From Escherichia phage T4: 64,000 nucleotides of DNA. A program made the position numbers and the translations under genes. Below are positions 29,390 through 39,257 of the stretch, piece by piece; position 1 is the stretch's first letter, and every line of letters starts with the position of its first letter. Below the pieces are notes generated by a model. The model was not told where the DNA came from and ran no database searches. It was given only the letters and a program-made list of their open reading frames with translations. Where the stretch lies: sequence record NC_000866.4, one strand, 5' to 3'.

Positions 29390-29733
29390 CTAGTACTCAA
29401 TCCTCGATTATAAGAATCTACCAAACGGTCAACCATTGAATGACAAGCGGCTTTATCTTTCTCCTCCGCAACTGAACATTCTAAGGTATTCCACTTTTTA
29501 GCATATCGTTTTAACAATGTATCGTTTTTGTATCTGCTTGATTTATCTCTTTCTCCGTCTTTATATGCATATATTAATTTCTGTGCAAATTCAGCTTGGC
29601 ATGCCTTATTTTTCCCACAATAATCTGCCGCAGTGCGGTTTACATATTCTCTAATTTCAGTATATGATGTATCTGCTGACGCAGAAGCAGAAAATGAAAT
29701 TAATCCTATACATAAAACCAAAATTTTAGTCAT
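29386..29733 (-). CDS. vs: Vs, valyl-tRNA synthetase modifier
   Basis: 115 aa with signal-like N-terminus; size and position as T4 vs. Confidence 0.7.
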   Translation of the reverse strand: MTKILVLCIGLISFSASASADTSYTEIREYVNRTAADYCGKNKACQAEFAQKLIYAYKDGERDKSSRYKNDTLLKRYAKKWNTLECSVAEEKDKAACHSMVDRLVDSYNRGLSTR

Positions 29734-30271
29734 TTACTATTTCCAAAAGTTTATTATTTTTAAGGTAATTAGCCTTTTCTAGGACTTCAGAAGCATATTT
29801 AGAACCTGCTTTAACATTCCATCCCGAATTATAAGAGGATATTGCTTTTCTTATATCGCCCTTATGTATATTTAACCAATAAGAAAGTTCAATGTACGCC
29901 CAGGAAGCTGAATTGGATCGTTTATTCAACATTCTTTTTATTTCAGCATCGGTCATATTATAACCAAGTTCCTTAACTCTTGCTCGCATAGTAGGCAAAT
30001 AATTTTGGAACATTCCGTAGGCGTGATGCTTTGGTTTAGATTTTAAATTAACTCCGCCAGAGCTTTCTTGCCATAAAATGGCAGCCATTATATGACCTAA
30101 TCCGCTCTTGTGGATATTTTTGTGTGTTTTATATTTTCCATCCTTAGAAAATTGTTCCCCGAATTGATACGCGTAACGCATGTTATCGAGTTGGACATTA
30201 CTGAAAGTATGCTCGGAGCTATGTGCCATCATTGAAATGGCCAATAGACCAGCGAGTAGTGCTTTTCTCAT
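29726..30271 (-). CDS. secreted lytic-transglycosylase-like protein (vs.1-like)
   Basis: Signal peptide MRKALLAGLLAISMMAHS; SLT-like ES...GxxQ...SSYNSG motifs. Confidence 0.65.
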   Translation of the reverse strand: MRKALLAGLLAISMMAHSSEHTFSNVQLDNMRYAYQFGEQFSKDGKYKTHKNIHKSGLGHIMAAILWQESSGGVNLKSKPKHHAYGMFQNYLPTMRARVKELGYNMTDAEIKRMLNKRSNSASWAYIELSYWLNIHKGDIRKAISSYNSGWNVKAGSKYASEVLEKANYLKNNKLLEIVND

Positions 30272-30278
30272 GCTTACC

Positions 30279-30740
30279 TCATTGAGTTTTAATTACTGCT
30301 TTAGAAGCCTTTCCTGGTAAACGACGACTGTTGATAATTGCCATCCTACATTGAAGTGACGGGTCTTTGAACTTCTCGTTAGGTTTACAAACTGTAAATC
30401 CAAGCCAAAGATTTCCATCTGTGATTTCTAAACGTCCAGGACGATATTCAACCCCATCAATAAAATCCTCGTCAATGTCAGGACGCGGAGGCATACTCAG
30501 GAATTCATTAACTTCTAAAACATGGTCTTTTATTTTATGGAATAATTCAAAAACGTATGTCTCATCAATCTCCCGTTGAATTGCGCGATCAAGAAGATGT
30601 TGAGAATATTTTAGATGAAACGATGAGACTCCTGCTGCTTTTGATGCCTCACGAATCTCATTGTTAATTTGACGAAACTCCGACTCAAAGTGACGACGAA
30701 GCTTATTTCGACGGATAAAAACTTCTGTATTGATAGTCAT
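30279..30740 (-). CDS. regB: RegB site-specific endoribonuclease
   Basis: 153 aa; position and size as T4 regB; early promoter directly upstream. Confidence 0.85.
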   Translation of the reverse strand: MTINTEVFIRRNKLRRHFESEFRQINNEIREASKAAGVSSFHLKYSQHLLDRAIQREIDETYVFELFHKIKDHVLEVNEFLSMPPRPDIDEDFIDGVEYRPGRLEITDGNLWLGFTVCKPNEKFKDPSLQCRMAIINSRRLPGKASKAVIKTQ

Positions 30741-30767
30741 GTTATTCTCCTCTTAACTGATAGAAAA

Positions 30768-30797
30768 ATTATACCACAGTCAAGAGGAAAAGTAAAC
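30768..30797 (-). promoter_or_regulatory. T4-type early promoter of regB
   Basis: Minus strand GTTTAC-18-TATAAT then GAGGAG and regB ATG. Confidence 0.7.
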
Positions 30798-30799
30798 AG

Positions 30800-31120
30800 T
30801 TATTCTTTAAATCTAATCAATTTATTCATAGACTTTGAAACTTCGGCACGAACCTCATGTAGATTTTTGAGCTGTTCAAGACGCTGCGTATAGTAAGCAA
30901 TTTCATCTTCTTCGAGACAGTCCTGCGAATCTTCTTTAAGATAACGTGCATAGTCCTGGAAAGCGTTACGGACTACTTCCTGGAAGTCATCAAGACTTTG
31001 AATTTTCTTAGGAGCAACAGATACACGACGAGGGGCAGTATAATACTCATAACCAAACCCTGCGCTTAATTGAGCCATTAGTATTTTTCCTCTGGTTGGA
31101 ACACTGCACGACAAGCCCAC
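30800..31120 (-). CDS. hypothetical protein (vs.3-like)
   Basis: 106 aa ORF. Confidence 0.5.
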   Translation of the reverse strand: MGLSCSVPTRGKILMAQLSAGFGYEYYTAPRRVSVAPKKIQSLDDFQEVVRNAFQDYARYLKEDSQDCLEEDEIAYYTQRLEQLKNLHEVRAEVSKSMNKLIRFKE

Positions 31121-31380
31121 ATACTGGCTTCTTTGAGTTTCGTTTTAGCAATAGTTAACTGATCGAGACTTTCAGCATAATTCTTCGCGAATTCACAGTC
31201 TTCGCAATTATCTAGTGCTTCCCAGAATTCATCATATAAAGCATCAAAGATAAGTCCTAAACGAACTTCAGCGTCTTTAATAGCATTTACTTTACCGATT
31301 TTCTCTTCAGTATGTGGTTTATAACCCTTAATATCTTCAATCATATTTGACTTCCTCACCAGTACATAATACGTATTCAA
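31078..31380 (-). CDS. acb2: Vs.4-like protein, probable Acb2 cyclic-oligonucleotide sponge (anti-CBASS)
   Basis: About 90-100 aa ORF at the vs.4 position; T4 Vs.4 is the described Acb2; true start may be internal (MIEDIKGY). Confidence 0.6.
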   Translation of the reverse strand: MNTYYVLVRKSNMIEDIKGYKPHTEEKIGKVNAIKDAEVRLGLIFDALYDEFWEALDNCEDCEFAKNYAESLDQLTIAKTKLKEASMWACRAVFQPEEKY

Positions 31381-31556
31381 CTAAACGAATAGGTTCATGA
31401 ATGCCATAGCCTTGAACAGAAATTTCTGTCGTAGGATAAATTCCATCAATATCACCCATATTCCACGCTTCATTAAATTGCTGTTCGCCTGAGTTACTAA
31501 ACCACTCGCGAAAGCATTTAGCACATCTTCAGAACCTTCAATAATTATCTTTGCCA

Positions 31557-31919
31557 TTACAAACTTTCAGTAAAGGTACGAGCGATAACGTCGCGCTGCT
31601 GTTCCGGAGTCAGAGAGTTAAAGCGAACTGCATAACCGGATACACGGATGGTCAGCTGCGGATATTTTTCCGGATGCTTAACTGCATCTTCCAGAGTTTC
31701 ATGACGCAGAACGTTAACGTTCAGGTGTTGACCACCTTCAATTTTAACTGTAGGTTGTGGCTCAATTTCAATTTCACGGGCATGCAAACCATAGAAAATT
31801 TCTGGGTCTACAAAAGAGTCCTCTTTAAAGGTTTTAGAGACAATAATTCGTGCTTGAATACCATCTTCAAAATAAATAGTACCTTTATGTGTGCCTTCAA
31901 GAATTTGATATGCTTTCAT
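31557..31919 (-). CDS. glycyl-radical spare-part protein (GrcA/YfiD-like, vs.6-like)
   Basis: 120 aa; C-terminus [59 protein letters not shown] carries glycyl-radical motif RVSGYA. Confidence 0.8.
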
Positions 31920-31926
31920 ATAAACC

Positions 31927-32307
31927 TCAATTAGAAAATAAATTTATCCAAGATTGTTCTTTAATTAAAAATGGCTCAGAATCATATGCCATTAAACTTT
32001 GCGTAATTAATCCTTTAAAAGGTCCATCAATAAATTCCATGGTAAAATATGGAATTTTATTCATTAGCCGTGCATTAGGAGCAGTGCACAAAACTCTGCA
32101 TCCTTTGAATACGCCTTTTTGTAATTTGTATTGCTTGGGATAAAATTCGCTCAAAATGTTATTTTTTGCCAAAATTTCAAAATGATTCACCAATTTATTT
32201 TTAATAGTTTTTGGCGAAAAATAAAGATATTCGAAAAGCTGAGTGTCTGTCATCATTGCATTCCGATTACGAAAAACTGTGGACGAGTAATACCACCAAT
32301 GCAACAT
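31927..32307 (-). CDS. hypothetical protein (vs.7-like)
   Basis: 126 aa ORF. Confidence 0.5.
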
Positions 32308-32912
32308 TTACTATTACAGCAGTAGTGTACGGTGTCAATATGGACACTATAAATCTTATCCATATCAGGAGATTTGACAGGCTCATCAATTATATACAAA
32401 ATTCGCGAAAGCTTTAAACCTCTGAACTTGCTTCCTTTATTACCAATAAAACTGCGTACAGAATCAGTAAATAAACGAAAACGTATATCATCATTAGAAT
32501 AACGCGAAAATTCCTTTTTGATGTTATTTGCAGAAATTTTAGCATAAGCTGAAGTATTAGAAAGAACAATAACTGTTCCGCCATCATACAACCAATTAGC
32601 AGCAAAGTTAGTCACAGCAATTGATTTACCGGATTGACGTCCACCATCTAGTCGAAGTGTACAATACTGTTTAAGTAAGTCTTCAAATGGCGGGATATAT
32701 TCGTTTTTACAAATTTCTTCTACTCTAGCATCAGAATGGTGTGTAAAAGCATTCATCAGGGATAGATAAGGACCAGTTAAAAATGTTCTCATTTCTTCTC
32801 TATAAGCTCTATAAGTTTGGGCCATTCCGTGGCACATGAATTGTCCATTTCTGTATTTACCCATTACCGCGCTTGGGCTCGACCTTATTACAGGTTGGCG
32901 GGAATCCCTCAT
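32253..32912 (-). CDS. hypothetical P-loop protein (vs.8-like)
   Basis: 219 aa; Walker A-like GGRQSGKS; start probably over-extended. Confidence 0.5.
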   Translation of the reverse strand: MRDSRQPVIRSSPSAVMGKYRNGQFMCHGMAQTYRAYREEMRTFLTGPYLSLMNAFTHHSDARVEEICKNEYIPPFEDLLKQYCTLRLDGGRQSGKSIAVTNFAANWLYDGGTVIVLSNTSAYAKISANNIKKEFSRYSNDDIRFRLFTDSVRSFIGNKGSKFRGLKLSRILYIIDEPVKSPDMDKIYSVHIDTVHYCCNSKCCIGGITRPQFFVIGMQ

Positions 32913-32938
32913 ATAATCATGAGGTCCAGGTTGTTCCC

Positions 32939-33355
32939 TTATGCATAAATCGCCTTACCGTAGTATTTGTACCAAGTAGGACGTTGTGCAATTTTTTCAT
33001 CTAAACGAGCTTGTGATATAGCAATAGAAGCTTCATGGGGAATATAATCACCACGGAATTCCTGAGGAATATCACTAATATCCTGGACTGTAGTATCCTT
33101 GATATTAAAACCACGTTTTAAACATTCAGCTATAAGCTCAATTTGACGTTTACGTAAGAACTCGAGCTTATCGTAAAAGAATGTAACATGACCTGCGCCA
33201 AGGATAAAAGTAGGACTGATTTTAAAATCACGAACACGTTTACCGTTAGCAACATGCTTACGAACTGCACCAAAAACACGCGGCAATTCACGATATTCAG
33301 CCATTAAGTGTTGGTCAGCCAATTCAGATACTAAAGTAAGGTTGATACGAGTCAT
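32939..33355 (-). CDS. denV: endonuclease V (pyrimidine dimer DNA glycosylase)
   Basis: 138 aa [28 protein letters not shown]...; matches T4 endo V. Confidence 0.95.
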
Positions 33356-33385
33356 TTTAGTGTTCTCCTGTAGTTGATAGGTCTA

Positions 33386-33414
33386 TAGTATCATACCTAC
33401 AGGAGATGTAAACT
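33386..33414 (-). promoter_or_regulatory. T4-type early promoter of denV
   Basis: Minus strand GTTTAC-17-TACTAT. Confidence 0.65.
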
Positions 33415-33415
33415 G

Positions 33416-33718
33416 TTATTTATCTTTAATTGCTTTAGCTGCTTCGATAGCCGCTTGCTGAAGGTCATCCATAGACATGCCGAACTTAGAAGCAAAGTTA
33501 TCAATTTTCTTTTCGACGGCATTCAAAGGCTTGGCCTGTTTACCTTCATTAGCGCCAGGAAGAGCGAGAATACGCTCTCTGTCAATATAAAGGCTTACAA
33601 GTTTCTTACGGTCTTTATCGGGCAAATCATGAAATGAATGGGCCTTTTTATTTACAGCGGCTTCTAATTTACCTGCGCCCACTCGCGCTTCGGCAATAAA
33701 TTCTTGATATGTTTTCAT
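33416..33718 (-). CDS. ipII: internal protein II
   Basis: 100 aa; N-terminus MKTYQEFIAEA shared with ipIII (capsid targeting sequence). Confidence 0.85.
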   Translation of the reverse strand: MKTYQEFIAEARVGAGKLEAAVNKKAHSFHDLPDKDRKKLVSLYIDRERILALPGANEGKQAKPLNAVEKKIDNFASKFGMSMDDLQQAAIEAAKAIKDK

Positions 33719-33769
33719 ATGTTTCCTTTAAATGTAAATATTTTTATTATTCTATCCTAGAATTGTGAT

Positions 33770-33799
33770 AATATATTCACAATTCTAGGAGTTGTAAAC
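33770..33799 (-). promoter_or_regulatory. T4-type early promoter of ipII
   Basis: Minus strand GTTTAC-18-TATATT; -10 sits between 12-bp inverted repeats 33757-33788. Confidence 0.65.
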
Positions 33800-33833
33800 T
33801 GCTTTTATTTAAGCGTCCCAAGTATAAGCTTTA

Positions 33834-34415
33834 TTAAGAATTACCACGGGCTGCATTAGCAACGGCGTAAGCGTACTGAATATTAGCGTCTTTAAACTTA
33901 CCTTTAGAGGTATCTATTTCTGCCTTAAAGCCGCCTTTAGTCATAACATCGGCAAATTCTTTACGGAAAGCCATTGCATCAAGACCTTTCCATGATGATT
34001 TATGCTTGGCAAATTCAAGACCTGCGAAGTTGACAGCTTTAGCCAATTTATTATCAATGACCCATTTACCGGCTTTAGGCACAAACTTCGGGCCTTTCTG
34101 TTTAGAGAACAGTTTTAAATTCCAGCGGCGAAGGTCTGCATCAGCTTTAACAAATTCTGAGTCTAAGTTACTAGCAACAACATCTTCAATATGAGCAAAT
34201 TTAAGTCCGTCAACTTCAATATTTAAATCGGTACGCCAGCGAAGTCCTTCCCAAGCGAAGGCTTTAAAGTCGGAAGCCTTTGTAGCTAAGTACCGTTCAA
34301 TAGGAGCTGTTTTAGGGTCAAAGCCGTTTCCTGATCGGTAGGTCCACTCATCTTTGTTAATGCCTTTGGCCTTTACTACAGAAGCTTCGGCAATAAATTC
34401 TTGATATGTTTTCAT
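33834..34415 (-). CDS. ipIII: internal protein III
   Basis: 193 aa; N-terminus MKTYQEFIAEA. Confidence 0.85.
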   Translation of the reverse strand: MKTYQEFIAEASVVKAKGINKDEWTYRSGNGFDPKTAPIERYLATKASDFKAFAWEGLRWRTDLNIEVDGLKFAHIEDVVASNLDSEFVKADADLRRWNLKLFSKQKGPKFVPKAGKWVIDNKLAKAVNFAGLEFAKHKSSWKGLDAMAFRKEFADVMTKGGFKAEIDTSKGKFKDANIQYAYAVANAARGNS

Positions 34416-34468
34416 ATGTTTCCTTTAAATATTTTAATTAGTAATTGTCTATTCAAGTAATTGTGAAT

Positions 34469-34498
34469 ATACTATCACAATTCCAAGAGAAAGTAAAC
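34469..34498 (-). promoter_or_regulatory. T4-type early promoter of ipIII
   Basis: Minus strand GTTTAC-18-TAGTAT; -10 sits between 8-bp inverted repeats 34459-34482. Confidence 0.65.
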
Positions 34499-34502
34499 AG
34501 CT

Positions 34503-35490
<988 letters not shown>

Positions 35491-35651
35491 TCAGTGATAA
35501 AGTTATTTAAATTTTGAGCATATTTCTTTTCATCAAAAATCTTTTGCTGTCTGCGTAACCGCCATGGCATTTCAATGAACATACGCCATATCCCTAGATA
35601 ATACCGCTGCTGTAAAAATATTAACAAGTATAGTTAAAAGAATCCAATCGC

Positions 35652-35960
35652 CTATTCTGTCCATTGGATTTTTATAAAAAAGTAAAATACGAATGATGAT
35701 ATAGGAAGACTAATGATATACCACAGAAGAACCTTCTTATCTGTGAACCAATCAGCATTCGTTAACTTAGCGCGACCATTTTGAATACACACGAATTTAT
35801 CATCTGTTACAGTAAATGGCTTAGCTGCTTGATATCCCATTCTAAACTCCCTAATTAATCGTTTCTTTGTATCTTCGGAACAACCATTCCAATCAACTCT
35901 ATCAACTGGAATGCCATCATCCCCATCATCTAAATCATACCAGCGAGTTTTTAAAATCAT
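35652..35960 (-). CDS. hypothetical protein with C-terminal membrane anchor (e.2-like)
   Basis: 102 aa ORF. Confidence 0.5.
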   Translation of the reverse strand: MILKTRWYDLDDGDDGIPVDRVDWNGCSEDTKKRLIREFRMGYQAAKPFTVTDDKFVCIQNGRAKLTNADWFTDKKVLLWYIISLPISSFVFYFFIKIQWTE

Positions 35961-36319
35961 TTAATTTTCCTGCAATCAATCACAAACTCTTTCATTGATT
36001 CATTTTCAATATAAGACATGTAGCTATTATATTCTTTTAATTGTATTTTGTAATCCTTTTTTCTTTGCCAATTTATTTTAAAATTATCATAATGAAAATA
36101 TAAAATGATACCAAAGAATGAAAACAATGAAATAATTTTAGTATAACAAAGCTCGCTCCAAACTTCTATTATATCTACTGTACCACTGATTTTTAAAATA
36201 AAACAGTCAATTAATAGTCCAATAAGACTACCTGTAAGAGCTGCAGCCAACGCCACAGCAAAAATTAAAAATGACTCAGAAAACGAATATTTGACTTTAT
36301 TTAGCTTTGGCTTTTGCAT
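35957..36319 (-). CDS. hypothetical membrane protein (e.3-like)
   Basis: 120 aa with two hydrophobic helices. Confidence 0.5.
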   Translation of the reverse strand: MQKPKLNKVKYSFSESFLIFAVALAAALTGSLIGLLIDCFILKISGTVDIIEVWSELCYTKIISLFSFFGIILYFHYDNFKINWQRKKDYKIQLKEYNSYMSYIENESMKEFVIDCRKIK

Positions 36320-36714
36320 CGTGATTCCTTAACAAATTTCATAATTTCATTAAATTCATACTCAGCAAGTTTAAGCTGGTGTTCCTTTTTAATCTTTTTG
36401 CACTGGGCTTTCCAATCACGTACGCGTTTACGATAATGTCTTCCTTGATACCAGTATCCTATCCAATTTACGGGTACTAATAAAAATGGAACTACCAATG
36501 GAAGAGTTAGCATTAACATAATTATTACGCCAGAATCAATATCAGTCATAACATCTAAAACACCTCCAATAATCAATAGAATTACAAATGATATAGCTAT
36601 CACAGGACCTATTAATACATCAGTAGAAATTATCTGGCGCTTTAATTCATACTTCAAAGGTTTACTTGGAAGGTATAGTGATGGCTTTGACATATTCTCT
36701 ACATTCCTTAACAA
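36301..36714 (-). CDS. hypothetical membrane protein (e.4-like)
   Basis: 137 aa with two hydrophobic helices. Confidence 0.5.
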   Translation of the reverse strand: MLRNVENMSKPSLYLPSKPLKYELKRQIISTDVLIGPVIAISFVILLIIGGVLDVMTDIDSGVIIMLMLTLPLVVPFLLVPVNWIGYWYQGRHYRKRVRDWKAQCKKIKKEHQLKLAEYEFNEIMKFVKESRCKSQS

Positions 36715-37270
36715 ATTTTTCTAGTAATAAATCACTTTCAAAATTAGGATTTTCCACTAATTTATCAAAAAGATCATCAACAATATTCAAGATATTTCTT
36801 TTACTAAGAATACGTTTATTTTCATGCTTCGTTTCAGAATCAACTATAAGAGTAAAGAAATATTTCTTTCCCTGAAATTTTACCGTAGTATCAATATAAA
36901 ATAAATTTGACTTTTGTAAATTACGTTTAAACCATGCGTCACTTAAACTATAAACACCGAGATAATCAAAATCGTCGTTTAAATAACAAACTGACCATTC
37001 AGGAGAAATGAAATCAGTAAATTCAACATCAAAATCACATGTCAATGAATGAATTGATTCAATACTGTTAATAAGTATTCCAGGACGTATTAAAGACTTT
37101 TTACCTCTGGAAAATCTTCCAGAAAGACTTTCATCAGTTTCATATGAAGAACCCCAATAATAATTACGTCCTTTTGCCATATGTTTAAGAGCATTTAGTA
37201 ATTGGTCTGGAACATCAACGTGTCTTTGGAACTCTTCAAACATTGAATTGAAATCACTTTGCATTTTCAT
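36662..37270 (-). CDS. hypothetical protein (e.5-like)
   Basis: 202 aa ORF. Confidence 0.5.
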   Translation of the reverse strand: MKMQSDFNSMFEEFQRHVDVPDQLLNALKHMAKGRNYYWGSSYETDESLSGRFSRGKKSLIRPGILINSIESIHSLTCDFDVEFTDFISPEWSVCYLNDDFDYLGVYSLSDAWFKRNLQKSNLFYIDTTVKFQGKKYFFTLIVDSETKHENKRILSKRNILNIVDDLFDKLVENPNFESDLLLEKFVKECREYVKAITIPSK

Positions 37271-37311
37271 TCCTATTTACTCCAAGTAATAGGGGCCGAA
37301 GCCCCTTATCA

Positions 37312-37905
37312 TTATTTCAGAGAATTAATATATTCCTGAACATCGGCAGAGGTAGTTTCAACCCCAGAAATATTACCATTAAAGGTTTCAACTCGAGCAA
37401 GAGTATCTTCAATATCAACCTTAGTCAGTGCTGCAATTTCAACTACATCATCAGCAGTACTAATTCCAAGGGCATTTGCTGCACGAGTTTCACGGATATA
37501 TTCCAATTTAACTGCAAGTTCTTGGCGAGCATCATCTAACTCAACTACTTTCTTGGCGATTTCAATTCGCATTTCAGCATAACCATCAGCTTTAGTAGTC
37601 AGCTGTTCAGCTGTTCGACGATATAGCAAGCCGAGTTTAGCATGCATTGTTACATCTTGACCTTCGGAAAGAAGCTTGCGAATTTCACGCTCTTTTGATT
37701 CGGCCTGTTTATTCTTTTCAACAATAAGTTCACGAATACGTTTTTCTTCATTAATAGATTTAACAGAAGCAGTTTTTAGGTCTTTAATTTTATCAAGTAG
37801 TTTTGCTGCTGCAGCAGTATACTGTTCTTCAACAGATAGATTTTTAGCCATTGCAGAACCAAGTTTAGTGCGAATAAACTCAACAATTTTCTTCAGTGTG
37901 TTCAT
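37312..37905 (-). CDS. coiled-coil protein, possibly PspA/IM30-like (e.6-like)
   Basis: 197 aa, long heptad-rich helices; PspA similarity is an impression, not verified. Confidence 0.5.
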
Positions 37906-37937
37906 AGTATTTCCTTAGGTTGGTATAATTAGATAAT

Positions 37938-37967
37938 ATAATATCACGTTTCTAATAGATTGTAAAC
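37938..37967 (-). promoter_or_regulatory. T4-type early promoter
   Basis: Minus strand GTTTAC-18-TATTAT upstream of e.6-like ORF. Confidence 0.6.
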
Positions 37968-38303
37968 TTATTCTTCGTCTAGCTCGTCGATAAAGGCGTT
38001 GATGGCCTCGATAATGGCATCATTGATAGCCAATAAAATAAAATCATCGTCAGTACCTTTAGAAGATTCTAAAGCATTGATATATGCTTGGTTGACGAGT
38101 TCCCAAGCCTTTTTAAAATAAGGAGCTTCATCATCAGGACAAATATCCCGCACGCCTTCAAAGATACGTTTGGCATAATCTAACACCCATTGTACAGGCA
38201 TGTTTTGAGAACGTTCGTTAAACTCTTTAAAGTCCTTAGATTCAAAAAGCTCTTCAGGATAATTATTTCTATTACAAAAAGCTTTACTAAAGTTACGTTT
38301 CAT
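37968..38303 (-). CDS. hypothetical acidic protein (e.7-like)
   Basis: 111 aa ORF downstream of early promoter 38330-38359. Confidence 0.5.
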   Translation of the reverse strand: MKRNFSKAFCNRNNYPEELFESKDFKEFNERSQNMPVQWVLDYAKRIFEGVRDICPDDEAPYFKKAWELVNQAYINALESSKGTDDDFILLAINDAIIEAINAFIDELDEE

Positions 38304-38329
38304 AATGTTTTCCTCATTTGTATAGGCTC

Positions 38330-38359
38330 ATAATATCTCAATCATCAGCCTATGTAAAC
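38330..38359 (-). promoter_or_regulatory. T4-type early promoter
   Basis: Minus strand GTTTAC-18-TATTAT upstream of e.7-like ORF. Confidence 0.6.
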
Positions 38360-38623
38360 TTATTTCATATTATTGAAATATTCTTCTGCGATTTCGTCGT
38401 TATCATGGTAAACTTTAGAAGACAGTTTAACATAACTTTCAGCAGTGAACATGTTAATCACAACCTTTACAGTATACCACTGACCGTCTTCATTACCCAT
38501 TACTGCGTAAGTTTCAAACATCGGATGGTCAGGACCGATAACTTTAATATCATTCACCGTACGACCGAAATCTTCTGAAACACATTTCATAAAGAAGTTG
38601 AAAAGTTCACCGTAATTATCCAT
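38360..38623 (-). CDS. hypothetical protein (e.8-like)
   Basis: Start trimmed to MDNYGELF downstream of early promoter 38667-38696. Confidence 0.5.
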   Translation of the reverse strand: MDNYGELFNFFMKCVSEDFGRTVNDIKVIGPDHPMFETYAVMGNEDGQWYTVKVVINMFTAESYVKLSSKVYHDNDEIAEEYFNNMK

Positions 38624-38666
38624 TTTATTCTCCAAGTTATTTTCTGTATCAGTAGTTGATAGTTGT

Positions 38667-38696
38667 ATAGTACCATGGAAGAACAAGGATGTAAAC
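38667..38696 (-). promoter_or_regulatory. T4-type early promoter with conserved downstream block
   Basis: Minus strand GTTTAC-18-TACTAT followed by acaactatcaactac. Confidence 0.65.
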
Positions 38697-38825
38697 AGTT
38701 TTGTGAAAAAATTTTTAAAAAGTTTTAGGGAATTCTAGGGCGGAGAGGGGCAATTAAAAGATAGGATAATATATTATAAAGGGTATAAACTAAATGATGC
38801 CTAGAGAGGTCTGGAAAGGCTTAGA

Positions 38826-38857
38826 TACCAAAAAGCCCCAACCTTTCGGTCGGGGCT
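38826..38857 (-). terminator. rho-independent terminator closing the tRNA / small-RNA cluster
   Basis: Minus-strand agccccgaccgaaaggttggggct hairpin followed by TTTTT. Confidence 0.7.
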
Positions 38858-38864
38858 AACCGTT

Positions 38865-39180
38865 GCGGCAACCTTGTCGGGGTTCCACCTGCCAAGGCAA
38901 GTGTTTGTACGAAACGCCGGGATTCGAACCCGGTTATTAAGTAGTTGACGCTACTCAATATTTTTAAAAGGCCATATCTCAACCATATCCGAACGTTCCG
39001 TCAAAAACGCTACTCGGCTTACGGCAAAGATATTTCCTCGAATCGATAATTTGGTGCGCCGTTTCTGCTGTGATGTAAGAGGGCATCAATAAACGCAAAG
39101 ATTATTAACGCAATTCCTTACTCAGGGAACCATCAGTCCGACGACTTACCGGTAGCGACCCGGTTTCTCATTTGGTATCC
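38865..39180 (-). ncRNA. stable small RNAs of the tRNA cluster (T4 species 1 / species 2-like), boundaries approximate
   Basis: No ORF; tRNA-like T-arm ccgggttcgaatcccgg and an encoded ...gcgcacca 3-prime end; lies between tRNA-Arg and the cluster terminator, as T4 rnaC/rnaD. Confidence 0.5.
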
Positions 39181-39182
39181 CG

Positions 39183-39257
39183 CCCTGGGATCGAACCAGG
39201 ACCGCAAACTTAGAAGGATCGTATGCTATCCATTACACCAGCGGGACGTAATTTAAA
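39183..39257 (-). tRNA. tRNA-Arg: tRNA-Arg (anticodon UCU)
   Basis: Minus-strand gtcccgctggtgtaatggatagcatacgatccttctaagtttgcggtcctggttcgatcccagggcgggatacca; cloverleaf, encoded CCA. Confidence 0.85.

Noticed and set aside
31384-31557. Possible small vs.5-like ORF between vs.4 and the GrcA-like gene
   Set aside because: An ATG overlaps the upstream stop, but the frame closes before 60 codons and my manual translation was inconsistent; not reported as a feature.
31551-31934. Plus-strand 127 aa ORF
   Set aside because: Antisense to the GrcA-like gene, whose product has an unmistakable glycyl-radical motif.
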